Source: Spirochaetota bacterium (GTDB lineage Bacteria; Spirochaetota; UBA4802; JAFGDQ01). Taken from it: 64,000 nt of DNA. Position numbers and translations under genes: made by a program. Shown here piece after piece: positions 11,396-20,786 of the stretch; positions within the stretch are counted from its first letter, which is position 1, and each line of letters opens with the position of its first letter. Location: the NCBI GenBank assembly GCA_043803405.1, contig JAZDKB010000048.1, forward strand, positions 1 to 64,000, given 5' to 3'. Below the pieces are notes generated by a model, which saw only the letters and a program-made list of their open reading frames with translations, did no database searches and was not told where the DNA came from.

Positions 11396-12673
11396 ATGAA
11401 AATAAATTTAATTTTTAAAATATTTATATATGCTGTTTGCTGCACAATGATATTTAATCCGGGCAGGCTTTTAGCGCAGGCTAAAACCGAAACGGATGCC
11501 GCAGTTAAAAGAAAAATACTCCCTGATATCTCGCTTATACTGGATTTCGGGGCAACATACAGAAATATGAAGAATGAAAAGTACGAAAGCCTTGAGATAC
11601 CTGAGTTTACTCACAGCCATGGGGAGGAAGAAGAAGGCGAACATTCTCACGAAGGAATGAATGCGAAAAGAGGGTTCAATTTTAATTACGGCGAGCTTGT
11701 TATGAGTGCGGCTGTTGATCCTTACTTTGACCTGTTTGCAGCGTTCCATCTTTCCGAAGAGGGCTTTGAGGTTGAGGAAGGATTTATAAACACAAGATCT
11801 CTGCCTGGCGGCGTACAGATGAAGGCAGGGAAGTTCCTGAGCAGCTTCGGCAGGGCAAACAGCCAGCACGCGCATTTCTGGGCGTTTAACGACAGGCCGA
11901 TCGCGTACAAGGCGTTTTTCGGCGATGAGGGGCTTCTTGAGAAAGGAGCGCAGATAGGCTGGACACTGCCGACCAGCTTTTACCTGTTTATCGGAGGGGA
12001 AATCCTTCAGGGAGAAAACGAAGCCAGCTTCGGTTACGAGGGCTACTCTAATGATTCCGCAGAAGTAAAAACAAGCAAGAGGCCGAATGTCTATACGGGA
12101 TTCGCAAAGACGTCCTTTGATGCCGGCAGCTTAAGCGTCCTGTTCGGAGCATCGGGCGCGTTCGGAAAAGCGAGGATCAATCATGAACTGGAAGATGATT
12201 CCGGGCACGCTGTGTACGGAGATGCGATGGTACTTGGAGGCGATATTGTAATGAAGTATTTTTTTGATTCGTACCGTTATCTTTCCCTTGAAGGCGAATA
12301 CCTGTACCGCTCTATTGAAGGGGATTTATATGAGGCCGAAACAGGCGGAACAACTGTATCGGATATTGAAAAAAAACAGTCAGGTTATTACGCGCAGCTT
12401 ATTGCCAGGCCTTTTACAGTATGGAGGATGGGCATCAGATACGAAAGCCTTATAAACAACAGCGTTAAAGCAGGAGGAGTAAAATCCGGCGCAGAGAAAG
12501 TTCTGCCGAAATATTCTGCAATGCTGGAATATAACCCGACTGAATTTTCGCGCTTAAGGCTTCAGTACAATTACGACAGATCGTTGTTTCTGGAAGAAAA
12601 AAGAAAGCCTGTGCATGAGGTAGCTCTTACGTTCAATATGTCCATAGGCGCGCACGGCGCCCATAGTTTTTAA
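11396..12673 (+). CDS. putative zinc-regulated outer-membrane beta-barrel receptor
   Basis: PDISLILD, His/Glu-rich loop HSHGEEEEGEHSHE, FGRANSQHAHFWAF, TEFSRLRLQY, C-terminal GAHGAHSF; start moved to MKINL after GGAGA. Confidence 0.75.
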   Translation: MKINLIFKIFIYAVCCTMIFNPGRLLAQAKTETDAAVKRKILPDISLILDFGATYRNMKNEKYESLEIPEFTHSHGEEEEGEHSHEGMNAKRGFNFNYGELVMSAAVDPYFDLFAAFHLSEEGFEVEEGFINTRSLPGGVQMKAGKFLSSFGRANSQHAHFWAFNDRPIAYKAFFGDEGLLEKGAQIGWTLPTSFYLFIGGEILQGENEASFGYEGYSNDSAEVKTSKRPNVYTGFAKTSFDAGSLSVLFGASGAFGKARINHELEDDSGHAVYGDAMVLGGDIVMKYFFDSYRYLSLEGEYLYRSIEGDLYEAETGGTTVSDIEKKQSGYYAQLIARPFTVWRMGIRYESLINNSVKAGGVKSGAEKVLPKYSAMLEYNPTEFSRLRLQYNYDRSLFLEEKRKPVHEVALTFNMSIGAHGAHSF

Positions 12674-12685
12674 AAGAGGCAAACC

Positions 12686-13576
12686 ATGAAGAAAGCAATT
12701 ATTTCTGTTATTATGCTGCTTTGTACATTAAGCGCGTCATATTCCGAGATCAGGATTGCTGCAGCATATCCTTATATAGCTGATGTCGCTGCTAAGATAG
12801 GCGGAGACAGGGTTAAGGCCGATGCGCTGGCGCCCGGGAACTGGGACCCGCATTTTGTGCCTGCAAAGCCTTCGCTTATAGCAAAGTTGCGTAACGCCGA
12901 TCTATTAATAGCGAATGGAGCGGAACTCGAGATCGGGTGGCTTCCTCCGGTGGTAAGGGAGTCGCGCAACGCGAAAATCATGCAGGGAGCTAAAGGTTTT
13001 CTAGATCTTTCAGATCATATTAAACTGATAGATATTCCGGTTAATATTTCGCGCGCAAAAGGAGATGTTCATCCTTCGGGCAACCCGCATTTCTGCCTTG
13101 ATCCTGCTAATATTCTTCTGATTTCAAAAGCTGTATCGGACAAGTTATGCGAAATCGATCCTGCCGGTGCAGAATATTATAAAGCGAATCAAATCAAATT
13201 CAGCGGAATCTGGAACAGCAAGATGATTGAATGGGACAAGGCAATGGCGCCATTAAAGGGAAGCAGGGTAGTGCAGTATCATAAAATATATGATTATTTT
13301 TTTAAGCGTTACGGGATGCAGTCTGCCGGCGAGCTTGAACCGCTTCCAGGGATAAGCCCGTCTTCCGGACATATTGCCCGGATCATAGAAACGATTAAAG
13401 CAGAAAAAATAAGATATATTTTTAATGACGTGTATCATTCAACCAATCCTGCAGAGCTGGTAGCCGGTAAGACCGGCGCAAGAGTCCTGGTGATCCCGCA
13501 TGACGTAGGAGCTGTCAAGGAGGCGCGCGATGTGGTAAGCCTGTTCGACGAAATAGTACGGAGGATAACAAAATGA
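12686..13576 (+). CDS. metal (Zn/Mn) ABC transporter substrate-binding protein, ZnuA/TroA family
   Basis: DPHF, GAELEIGWL, GDVHPSGNPHFCLDP, EPLPGISPS. Confidence 0.9.
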   Translation: MKKAIISVIMLLCTLSASYSEIRIAAAYPYIADVAAKIGGDRVKADALAPGNWDPHFVPAKPSLIAKLRNADLLIANGAELEIGWLPPVVRESRNAKIMQGAKGFLDLSDHIKLIDIPVNISRAKGDVHPSGNPHFCLDPANILLISKAVSDKLCEIDPAGAEYYKANQIKFSGIWNSKMIEWDKAMAPLKGSRVVQYHKIYDYFFKRYGMQSAGELEPLPGISPSSGHIARIIETIKAEKIRYIFNDVYHSTNPAELVAGKTGARVLVIPHDVGAVKEARDVVSLFDEIVRRITK

Positions 13577-14346
13577 TAGATATTCTTTTACCGGCGTTTA
13601 TCATTTCCCTTGTTTTGCTTGGGATACATTCATATTTCGGTTTGAGAATAATAGAAAGAAATATAATCTTTACCGATCTCGCGATCGGCCAGATGGCTGC
13701 CTTCGGGGCAGCCATCTCCCTTCTTCTCTTCGACGGCGGTTACATCTATATAGTATCACTGTCATCGGCAATAGTTGCAGGCATGATGATTTATTATTTA
13801 TCTAAAAAAACGTCTTATCTTGAGGCTGTAATAGGTCTTATATATGCGCTTGGATTTTCGGGGGTTTATCTGCTGCTGTCCAAGTCGGCTCACGGAGCAG
13901 AGGAATTTCAGCGGCTTGTCGCTTACGATATTCTGTTTACCAACATGAGCGATGTTTTAATAACAGCGATACTTTATGCATGTATAGCAGTCATTATTAA
14001 AATATTTACAAAAAAGATATCGGAAAAATATTATGATCTGTTCTTTTTCCTTGCTTTTGCCGTAACAGTCACAAGCTCGGTTAAAATGGCGGGGGTGCTT
14101 GTTGTTTTCGCTATACTTCTTGGACCTGCTTTTATTGCGAAAAGAATTCACCCGGTAACTGCGATACCGGAATTGTTAAGGAAAAATCCGCTTATTATTG
14201 CATGGATCGTTGGGACTATTATTAATTTGCTGGCTATTATTATTTCATATAAACTTGATCTTCCTACTGGTTATTCGATTGTGTTTCTGAACGCGCTGGT
14301 TGCTGTATTATTTTCTTTTATGAAAAAGAAAAAAGAAAAAGTGTGA
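13573..14346 (+). CDS. metal ABC transporter permease (ZnuB/ABC-3 family)
   Basis: GIHSYFG...RNIIFTDLAIGQ, EAVIG, SSVKMAGVLVVF, DLPTG; multi-TM; ATGA-type overlap with the SBP gene. Confidence 0.85.
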   Translation: MIDILLPAFIISLVLLGIHSYFGLRIIERNIIFTDLAIGQMAAFGAAISLLLFDGGYIYIVSLSSAIVAGMMIYYLSKKTSYLEAVIGLIYALGFSGVYLLLSKSAHGAEEFQRLVAYDILFTNMSDVLITAILYACIAVIIKIFTKKISEKYYDLFFFLAFAVTVTSSVKMAGVLVVFAILLGPAFIAKRIHPVTAIPELLRKNPLIIAWIVGTIINLLAIIISYKLDLPTGYSIVFLNALVAVLFSFMKKKKEKV

Positions 14347-14426
14347 TTACTATTACATTCGCCGCTATTTCTAATATTATTATTATTTTTAAGGATAGAA
14401 AAAGTCAGGATACAGGATAACTGATT

Positions 14427-16259
14427 TTATACAAGCTGAACATCTTTGCTCTTTAGAAAATCCACTATCGGCAAAATCAAATCGACATTATTGCGCGGAC
14501 TTATAAGATAAAACAACCGGTTGACATTCAGGAGCGATTCTGCCAGTCCGATAGCCAAATCCCCGGCAGCTTTTTTCTGATCTTCAAGCTTCGGAAAGCG
14601 GGCGAGATATTTGCGGAATTCATCCGGGATCACAATTCCCGGAACTTCGTTGTGGAGGAATTCGGCGTTCCTGCTTGAGGTAAGCGGTAAAAGCCCGCAG
14701 AATACCGGAATATCGATACCACGCGAATTCAATCCTTCAAGCACGGCTTCCATACGTTCAGAAGTATAAACCGGCTGTGTAAGCGCAAAATGCGCGCCTG
14801 CTTCTATCTTACGTTCAAGTTTGTTGAGCTGTCCTTCAATGCTGCGGACGTTGGGATTAAAAGCAACACCTATTGCGAAAGCTGTCAGGTTATCGGGATC
14901 AAGGCGCTGTCCCAGGTTGAATTCGGATACCATTTTGACAAGACTGACTGAGTTTACGTCAAATACACCGGAAGTATTAGCTTCATGATACATACGTACC
15001 GGGTCTCCTGTAACACAGAGTAAATTGCGTATACCGACGCAATGCGCTGCCATAATCGATGACTGGAGTGCAATCCGGTTGCGGTCGCGGCCGGTTATAT
15101 GCGGAATTGGGATTGCTCCAAATTCGTTTCGCAGTATGCCGGCTGTTGTAATGTTATCCACGCGCACAGAAGCCAGCGGGTTGTCGGCAAGGGTTATGTA
15201 CCTTATGCCGGAATTGACAAGGGCTTCGGCGCTGGAACGGATACCGCTTAAATCGAGATCCTTGGGAGGATCAAGTTCAACGAGAACGCCTTTTGGTATT
15301 ACAATAGTTTCGGCTTTTATAATTTTTTTCTTTTCGGAAAAAGTCTGTGTAATCGTAAATCTTGCCTGCGACGGCTGAATTTTTTTCAATAATTTTGCCA
15401 TCGCTTTAATTGTTGAAGGGCTGGTGCCGCAGCATCCGCCGATGAGGCGAACGTTCATCCGTGCCAGCTCCGCAGCACGTTCAGCAAGATATGAATCGCC
15501 TGCTGTAAAAACATGGCGTCCTTCCAGTCTTTCTGCAAAACCTGCATTCAAATAGGCGCTAACTGGTTTTCCGCAGCCGAGCATTTCCCTTGCTGCGGCC
15601 ATTACTGCTGGCACTCCGGCTCCGCAGTTTGCGCCGACAATATCCGCACCTTTATCAATTAAAGCACTCGCTACAGCACTGCCGTTAAAACCATGCGGTG
15701 TACGGCCACCTTCCTCAAAGGCCATTTGCGCTATGATTGGAATATTTGTCTGTTCGCGTATGGCTTGCAGAACGATTAAGAGTTCATTAAGATCGGTGAA
15801 TGTTTCAAGTATCAGAATATCTATCCCGGATTCAACAAGTATCAGGGCATGTTCTTTAAGCGCGGCACATTTTTCTTCAGGAAGGATTTGTTCTTCTTCC
15901 GATCTGTTTATTGTCCGGACGGGTCCTATTGAGCCTGCGATAAACACATTAGAGGCGCCTGCTGCTTCCCGCGCCAGATCTACTGCTGCTGAATTAATCT
16001 CTTTAACCTGGCGGTCGAGTTTAAGCTGCGCGAGATTAATTCGGTTCGCCCCGAAAGAATTCGTCTCAATTACCTGGCTTCCGGCAACAATGTATTCTCT
16101 ATGAAGGCTTCTGACAATTTCCGGCGATTTTAAATTTAATCCTTCAATACTGGCGCCTTGCAGGCTGCCGGTTTTAAGGAGTTCTGTGCCTATCGCGCCG
16201 TCTCCTAAAAGAGTCTGACTTTGTATTACCTCAAGAAATTCTTCTGCCTTTTTATTCAT
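14427..16259 (-). CDS. bifunctional homocysteine S-methyltransferase / methylenetetrahydrofolate reductase (YitJ-like)
   Basis: DGAIGTEL, ETNSFGAN, GANCG and GGCCG Zn ligands, then MTHFR domain (VELDPP, RDRN, TGDP, TQPVY); start moved to MNKKAEEF. Confidence 0.93.
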   Translation of the reverse strand: MNKKAEEFLEVIQSQTLLGDGAIGTELLKTGSLQGASIEGLNLKSPEIVRSLHREYIVAGSQVIETNSFGANRINLAQLKLDRQVKEINSAAVDLAREAAGASNVFIAGSIGPVRTINRSEEEQILPEEKCAALKEHALILVESGIDILILETFTDLNELLIVLQAIREQTNIPIIAQMAFEEGGRTPHGFNGSAVASALIDKGADIVGANCGAGVPAVMAAAREMLGCGKPVSAYLNAGFAERLEGRHVFTAGDSYLAERAAELARMNVRLIGGCCGTSPSTIKAMAKLLKKIQPSQARFTITQTFSEKKKIIKAETIVIPKGVLVELDPPKDLDLSGIRSSAEALVNSGIRYITLADNPLASVRVDNITTAGILRNEFGAIPIPHITGRDRNRIALQSSIMAAHCVGIRNLLCVTGDPVRMYHEANTSGVFDVNSVSLVKMVSEFNLGQRLDPDNLTAFAIGVAFNPNVRSIEGQLNKLERKIEAGAHFALTQPVYTSERMEAVLEGLNSRGIDIPVFCGLLPLTSSRNAEFLHNEVPGIVIPDEFRKYLARFPKLEDQKKAAGDLAIGLAESLLNVNRLFYLISPRNNVDLILPIVDFLKSKDVQLV

Positions 16260-16411
16260 GAAACAGGCACTCCTTTTGCCGATAAATTTTCTACCTTTTT
16301 TAATGGAACATGATTCGCAGCTGTACTGAGTATTGGTAACGAAACGCATACAGCTAATATTGGAGTCGAAAGCTGCCAATGAAACAGATATAAACAGTAT
16401 CGTTTAAACAT
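16256..16411 (-). CDS. 51-aa small ORF, ATGA-coupled to the YitJ-like gene
   Basis: Manual translation MFKRYCLYLFHWQLSTPILAVCVSLPILSTAANHVPLKKVENLSAKGVPVS; GGGGGAAAATA upstream; stop overlaps the next ATG. Confidence 0.5.
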   Translation of the reverse strand: MFKRYCLYLFHWQLSTPILAVCVSLPILSTAANHVPLKKVENLSAKGVPVS

Positions 16412-16579
16412 TATTTTCCCCCGGCGAAAAAGAATTGAACGGCTATCTTCATATTCCGTAGGGGAACAGGGGAAAGATTTTACCGGATAATGATTTAAGT
16501 GTTATTTGTCTTAAAAAAATTGTCAAGTGAAAAGCTGTATAATAAAGCGGATTATTGCAGCAGCGACATTATTTTCTCA

Positions 16580-16634
16580 TTGACAGGAATAATATTGCTT
16601 CGTATTAGTAACACAAAAATAAAATTCGTATTAC
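16580..16634 (+). promoter_or_regulatory. sigma70-like promoter overlapped by a putative NikR operator GTAACAC-N13-GTATTAC
   Basis: TTGACA (16580-85), 17 bp, TATTAG (16603-08); dyad at 16608-16634; near-identical site at 21341; nikR in the locus. Confidence 0.7.
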
Positions 16635-16709
16635 TGCTTAATAAAAGACCGGATGTTTTTTATAATGAGTAATACGAATTTAAAAAAAATATTATTACCG
16701 GAGGCATTT

Positions 16710-18650
16710 GTGAGATCTATAATGTTGTTTTGGATAATATTTCTTTCGGTATCATTATATGCTCAGGATTTAACCCAGACTGATAAGAATTCTGAGAATG
16801 CGGAATCGGAAAAGAATTTCGAATCAAGGGAAATCATTGTTAAAGGCAAAAAGGATCAGCCGGATAATACGGCGATAATAACCGAAAAAGACGTTAAGAA
16901 TTCTACTAAAACAGATCTTATAAATGTCATAAATCAGAATGTTCCGAGTTTCTACACTCCGAACAACAGGGTAATGGGCTTTGGAGTCTCATCCAGCGGC
17001 GCTGCCCAGATGTCGGTTCGCGGGATAGGGCAGTCGGGATGGGGCCCCACAACAGGCCTGCCTATACTCATAAACGGGCTTGACACTACGACTTCAATAA
17101 TGGGGCATCCGATTGCCGATATATTTACGATGAAGAATATAGATCGGGTGGAAGTGCTGATAGGGCCCCAGCCGGTGCTGTACGGCTCCGGAGCGCTGGG
17201 AGGAGTAGTGAACGTGGTAACAAAACGACAGAAGACAGATGGGTATCAGACTGATCTTTCGGGTTCTTATGGCAGTTATAATTCAACTGATGATTTTGTT
17301 TCACACATAGGGAAAATCGGTCTATTCGATTACGGTGTTTCGTATAATTTTCAGAGAACGGACGGTCACCGCGAACAAAAAAGCCCGAACGGAACTGAAA
17401 TGACTTCCGAGTATTACAATCATAATGGCACAGCAAGGTTCGGGTTCGAGCTTGGAAAAAACTGGTATGCGGGTATGAACAGCTATGTAATGAAACAAAA
17501 GATTCACGATCCAGGCCCGGAAGGCGCTTCATCTGCAACCATTAACGGTCTTGAAGTATTTGATATTTTACGTAATGGTATCTCTTTAAATATATTAAAT
17601 AATTATAACAAGTTTGACGGTATGATACACGTATTTTATAACAGCGGTAATCATGAAGCTGAGAAAACCGCAACAAATACCAAATCATATAAGCATGATG
17701 ACCAGCTTTACGGCACGCGCGTTACAGAATCGGCTAAGCTAATTGACGGGAACAAAATTACAGCAGGTGTTGATACAAGGAAGTGGGGCGGTTCATCGAA
17801 AAATATGGTAACCGGTAATTATTATGTTAAAGATAAATACTTAACGGACATATCCGGTTTTGGCCTTATTGAACAGAGACTTTTTAATGCATTAACACTT
17901 TCCGGCGGAGCGCGTTATACTGATAACTCAAAATTCGGAGGATTCACTGCATGGCAGGGGGGATTAATAGTAAATCCTTATAACTGTTTTAAAATACATA
18001 GCACAGCTGCCAGAGGATTTAAACTGCCAGATTTGCGCCAGTTATATATAAAGATGTATGGTGCTGAAGTTCCAAACGAGAATCTAAAAACTGAAACATA
18101 TACTTCGTACGATGCAGGAATAGAATTATTACCTGTAAAAGAGTTATCTTTTGATATTACAGGTTATAGAATTTATTCTGATAATAAAATAATGAAATCT
18201 GGAAACAATTGGATAAATTATTCGGAATTTAATTATAATGGAGCTGAAGCAACTGTCAATTATACTTATAAGATAATAAAAACCCGAGCAGGTTATTCCT
18301 ATATTGACAACATATATGACGGGCAAAAGCTAGCTTATGTCCCAAGACACAAAATACTGGGAGGGATATCATGTGAATTATATGGCTTTTACACAGGCAT
18401 AGACGGAGAATATATAAAATTTATTTGGGCAGACACAGCAGGCACGCATAAGCTTTCAAATTATCTTGTGCTGAACGCGAAACTCGCGTATACTTTCCTA
18501 GAGCATTACAGGGCATTTATTAATTTTAATAATATAACTAATAAGGATTACGTAACATATTCATATAAGGAAACCTCTCCAACAACAAAGTACTTGGATT
18601 ATCCGATGCCTGGATTTAACGTACTTGGAGGATTGAGCGTTTCGATTTAA
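16710..18650 (+). CDS. TonB-dependent outer-membrane receptor (probably Ni/Co-related)
   Basis: Plug motifs ILING, IDRVEVLIGPQPVLYGSGALGGVVNVVT; barrel end NNITNKDY...YPMPGFN; GTG start after GGAGG (track start 16653 is upstream). Confidence 0.9.
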   Translation: MRSIMLFWIIFLSVSLYAQDLTQTDKNSENAESEKNFESREIIVKGKKDQPDNTAIITEKDVKNSTKTDLINVINQNVPSFYTPNNRVMGFGVSSSGAAQMSVRGIGQSGWGPTTGLPILINGLDTTTSIMGHPIADIFTMKNIDRVEVLIGPQPVLYGSGALGGVVNVVTKRQKTDGYQTDLSGSYGSYNSTDDFVSHIGKIGLFDYGVSYNFQRTDGHREQKSPNGTEMTSEYYNHNGTARFGFELGKNWYAGMNSYVMKQKIHDPGPEGASSATINGLEVFDILRNGISLNILNNYNKFDGMIHVFYNSGNHEAEKTATNTKSYKHDDQLYGTRVTESAKLIDGNKITAGVDTRKWGGSSKNMVTGNYYVKDKYLTDISGFGLIEQRLFNALTLSGGARYTDNSKFGGFTAWQGGLIVNPYNCFKIHSTAARGFKLPDLRQLYIKMYGAEVPNENLKTETYTSYDAGIELLPVKELSFDITGYRIYSDNKIMKSGNNWINYSEFNYNGAEATVNYTYKIIKTRAGYSYIDNIYDGQKLAYVPRHKILGGISCELYGFYTGIDGEYIKFIWADTAGTHKLSNYLVLNAKLAYTFLEHYRAFINFNNITNKDYVTYSYKETSPTTKYLDYPMPGFNVLGGLSVSI

Positions 18651-18670
18651 GTATATTTTTGCATATAAAT

Positions 18671-18778
18671 AAACACAAAGGTCACTGAGTATACGCAGAG
18701 AACATTGAGTAATTTTTTAAAAAATAAAAAAAATTTATTATTCCTTTCTCTGTGTCCTCTGTGGTTTTATTTTTTGTA
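18671..18778. repeat. degenerate CACAGAG/CTCTGTG inverted-repeat element between convergent genes
   Basis: AAACACAAAGGTCACTGAG..GCAGAGAAC vs TTCTCTGTGTCCTCTGTGGTTT; related to the inner repeat at 61838-61973. Confidence 0.5.
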
Positions 18779-18793
18779 ATGTGTTTTATTGTA

Positions 18794-19489
18794 CTAAAAA
18801 ATAAGATCCCGAATTGCCTTTTTTTTGAGTCCTTCGATTTTCTCACAGAAGCTGGTTATAATTCCGTTTTCCATGACCGCGATATGAGTGGCAAGCTCTT
18901 CTATTATAAAGCGCCTGTGTGTCGCGATAAGCATTGTTGCTGAAAAAGATTTCAAGAGCTCAATGAGTATAATGCTGTTTTCACGGTCAAGATTGTTGAG
19001 CGGTTCATCCAGAAGAAGAAGCGCAGGTTCTTTTGCGAGCACTCCTGCTAATGCTGCTCTTTTTATTTCGCCGGAGGAAAGGTCAAGCGGATTGCTGCCT
19101 GCATATCTTGAAAGATTGAACCTTTCCAGCCATTTCTCCGCGATATGAATCTTGTCTTCTTTAGTTGCTGATGAACCGGGTATGCTCAGAATTATATCAT
19201 TAATCAGATCTGGCATAATGAATTGATACTCAACCTGGCTGAAAAGAAATGCGACACGCTTTCTTATTTCGCTTATAGTTTTGCGGGATCTCGTTATTCC
19301 GGAAACTGATATATGGCCTTCGCCGTCCAGTAAGCCCGCAATATGAAGCATGAGCGTGGTTTTTCCGCTGCCGTTTTTTCCTATGAGCGCGGTCCTGGTG
19401 CTTTTATCAAGCGACAGGTCAATGCCTTCCAGTGCTTTTTTACCGTCAGGATAACTATAGTGCAGGTTTTTTATTTCAAGAGCTTTCAT
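18794..19489 (-). CDS. ECF transporter ATPase (CbiO/NikO-like)
   Basis: LHYSYPDGKKAL, GKNGSGKTT, LSSGEIKRAALAGVLA, LLDEP. Confidence 0.88.
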   Translation of the reverse strand: MKALEIKNLHYSYPDGKKALEGIDLSLDKSTRTALIGKNGSGKTTLMLHIAGLLDGEGHISVSGITRSRKTISEIRKRVAFLFSQVEYQFIMPDLINDIILSIPGSSATKEDKIHIAEKWLERFNLSRYAGSNPLDLSSGEIKRAALAGVLAKEPALLLLDEPLNNLDRENSIILIELLKSFSATMLIATHRRFIIEELATHIAVMENGIITSFCEKIEGLKKKAIRDLIF

Positions 19490-19512
19490 TTAGTAAAATT
19501 TATTATTATCGG

Positions 19513-20181
19513 TTATATAATGATAATGGTTAATGTACCCGCGAATAATGCAGATAAGGCAATGATGTCGTATATCCCGGCATTATCTTTTGAAACATAA
19601 ATCCGCGGGATTTCGGTTATCCGTGTGTAAAACGCAGCCTGGTGATGATTATATGCGTATAATTCTTTAAAGATCATATTACGAACATAATACCGCGCGA
19701 TCAGCAGCCTGCCGGAATAATTTAAGTTTATTCTTACCCTCAGTTGATTTAAAATTCCGTTATGTGTACGGATTAAATACTCTAAGGTTTTAATGAAAAA
19801 TATTATAAATAAATTCAATCGTTCCGTTGGAACAGCATTTATAATACGTATTAATCCGTTTTTCCCGATCCATCGAAGACCGTAATAAATACAATTAAAC
19901 GAAAATATTATTTTTATTATAATTTTGATAATCTCTTTAGAATTCAGATTCTGAGCCAGCGTTCCGGATATGAATGCGAACAATCCGAAAAACATGGAAA
20001 ATCCTAGTATGATTATATTTTTTTTTAAAAGTTGCTGAATTCCTAATGAGGAGGCGCTTATAAGTGCAATTAACTCTATTGTGATTATTATTACGGAAAG
20101 AATGTCTGTTTCAGATAATATTATTTGAAAGAATAAAAGTATAATGGTGAATGACTTAATGAAGATTAGCATGTGCCGCAT
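19513..20181 (-). CDS. divergent ECF transmembrane T component (CbiQ/EcfT-like)
   Basis: Multi-TM protein between the S-component/methyltransferase and the ATPase; cytoplasmic helices with LRVR and YTR at positions like the ARG motifs. Confidence 0.55.
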   Translation of the reverse strand: MRHMLIFIKSFTIILLFFQIILSETDILSVIIITIELIALISASSLGIQQLLKKNIIILGFSMFFGLFAFISGTLAQNLNSKEIIKIIIKIIFSFNCIYYGLRWIGKNGLIRIINAVPTERLNLFIIFFIKTLEYLIRTHNGILNQLRVRINLNYSGRLLIARYYVRNMIFKELYAYNHHQAAFYTRITEIPRIYVSKDNAGIYDIIALSALFAGTLTIIII

Positions 20182-20786
20182 TCAATGAAGTTCAGTTTCT
20201 TTTTATCAATATATTTTATAAGTGTAAACGAGGAATTACACTGCATGTTTTCCAGTTCGTTTTGTTCGGGCATCATGTCTTTGCACACAGGGCCATTAAC
20301 AGAACTGTGAAATTCATTAAGGGATTTTGTATCGGACAAATGAAAGATGTAGAGTTTGCCACTGTTTTTTAATGCGCGCCTGAATAAACTGAGGGCATGC
20401 ATCTTATCTTCGATATGAGGAAATACCGCGAAGCAAATAATTGCATCATAATAACTTATTTTTAGATCAGCAAATTCAATTGATTTAATGATAAAGTCAA
20501 TGTTGATATAATCAGGATATAATTTTTTCGCGCGAAGGATCATGGATTCCGCAGGGTCAAGAGCGGTGATGATCCCGTCAGCGCCGATCTTTTCTTCTAT
20601 CAGTGGAAACAGCACGCCGTTTCCGCAGCCTACGTCAAGAACTCTGTCGCCGGTTTTCAGCTCTATCATTTTGAAAACATCGCGCAGTTGATCTATCCTT
20701 TCGCTGTTATTTCCAACAACCTCGTCCCAGTTACTGCCTAACTTATTGAAATAATTTATTTTTGCTTCCAGATCAGTCGTGTTCAT
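20166..20786 (-). CDS. class I SAM-dependent methyltransferase
   Basis: YFNKLGSNWD, RVLDVGCGNG, YDAIICFAVFPHIEDK, GKLYIFH; start taken at MNTTDL. Confidence 0.88.
   Translation of the reverse strand: MNTTDLEAKINYFNKLGSNWDEVVGNNSERIDQLRDVFKMIELKTGDRVLDVGCGNGVLFPLIEEKIGADGIITALDPAESMILRAKKLYPDYINIDFIIKSIEFADLKISYYDAIICFAVFPHIEDKMHALSLFRRALKNSGKLYIFHLSDTKSLNEFHSSVNGPVCKDMMPEQNELENMQCNSSFTLIKYIDKKKLNFIECGTC

Noticed and set aside
16412..16500. SAM-I riboswitch upstream of the YitJ-like gene
   Set aside because: TTATC...GAAGATAG on the - strand is suggestive, but the GAGGGA/GCCC kink-turn, GCAACC and GTGC core are missing
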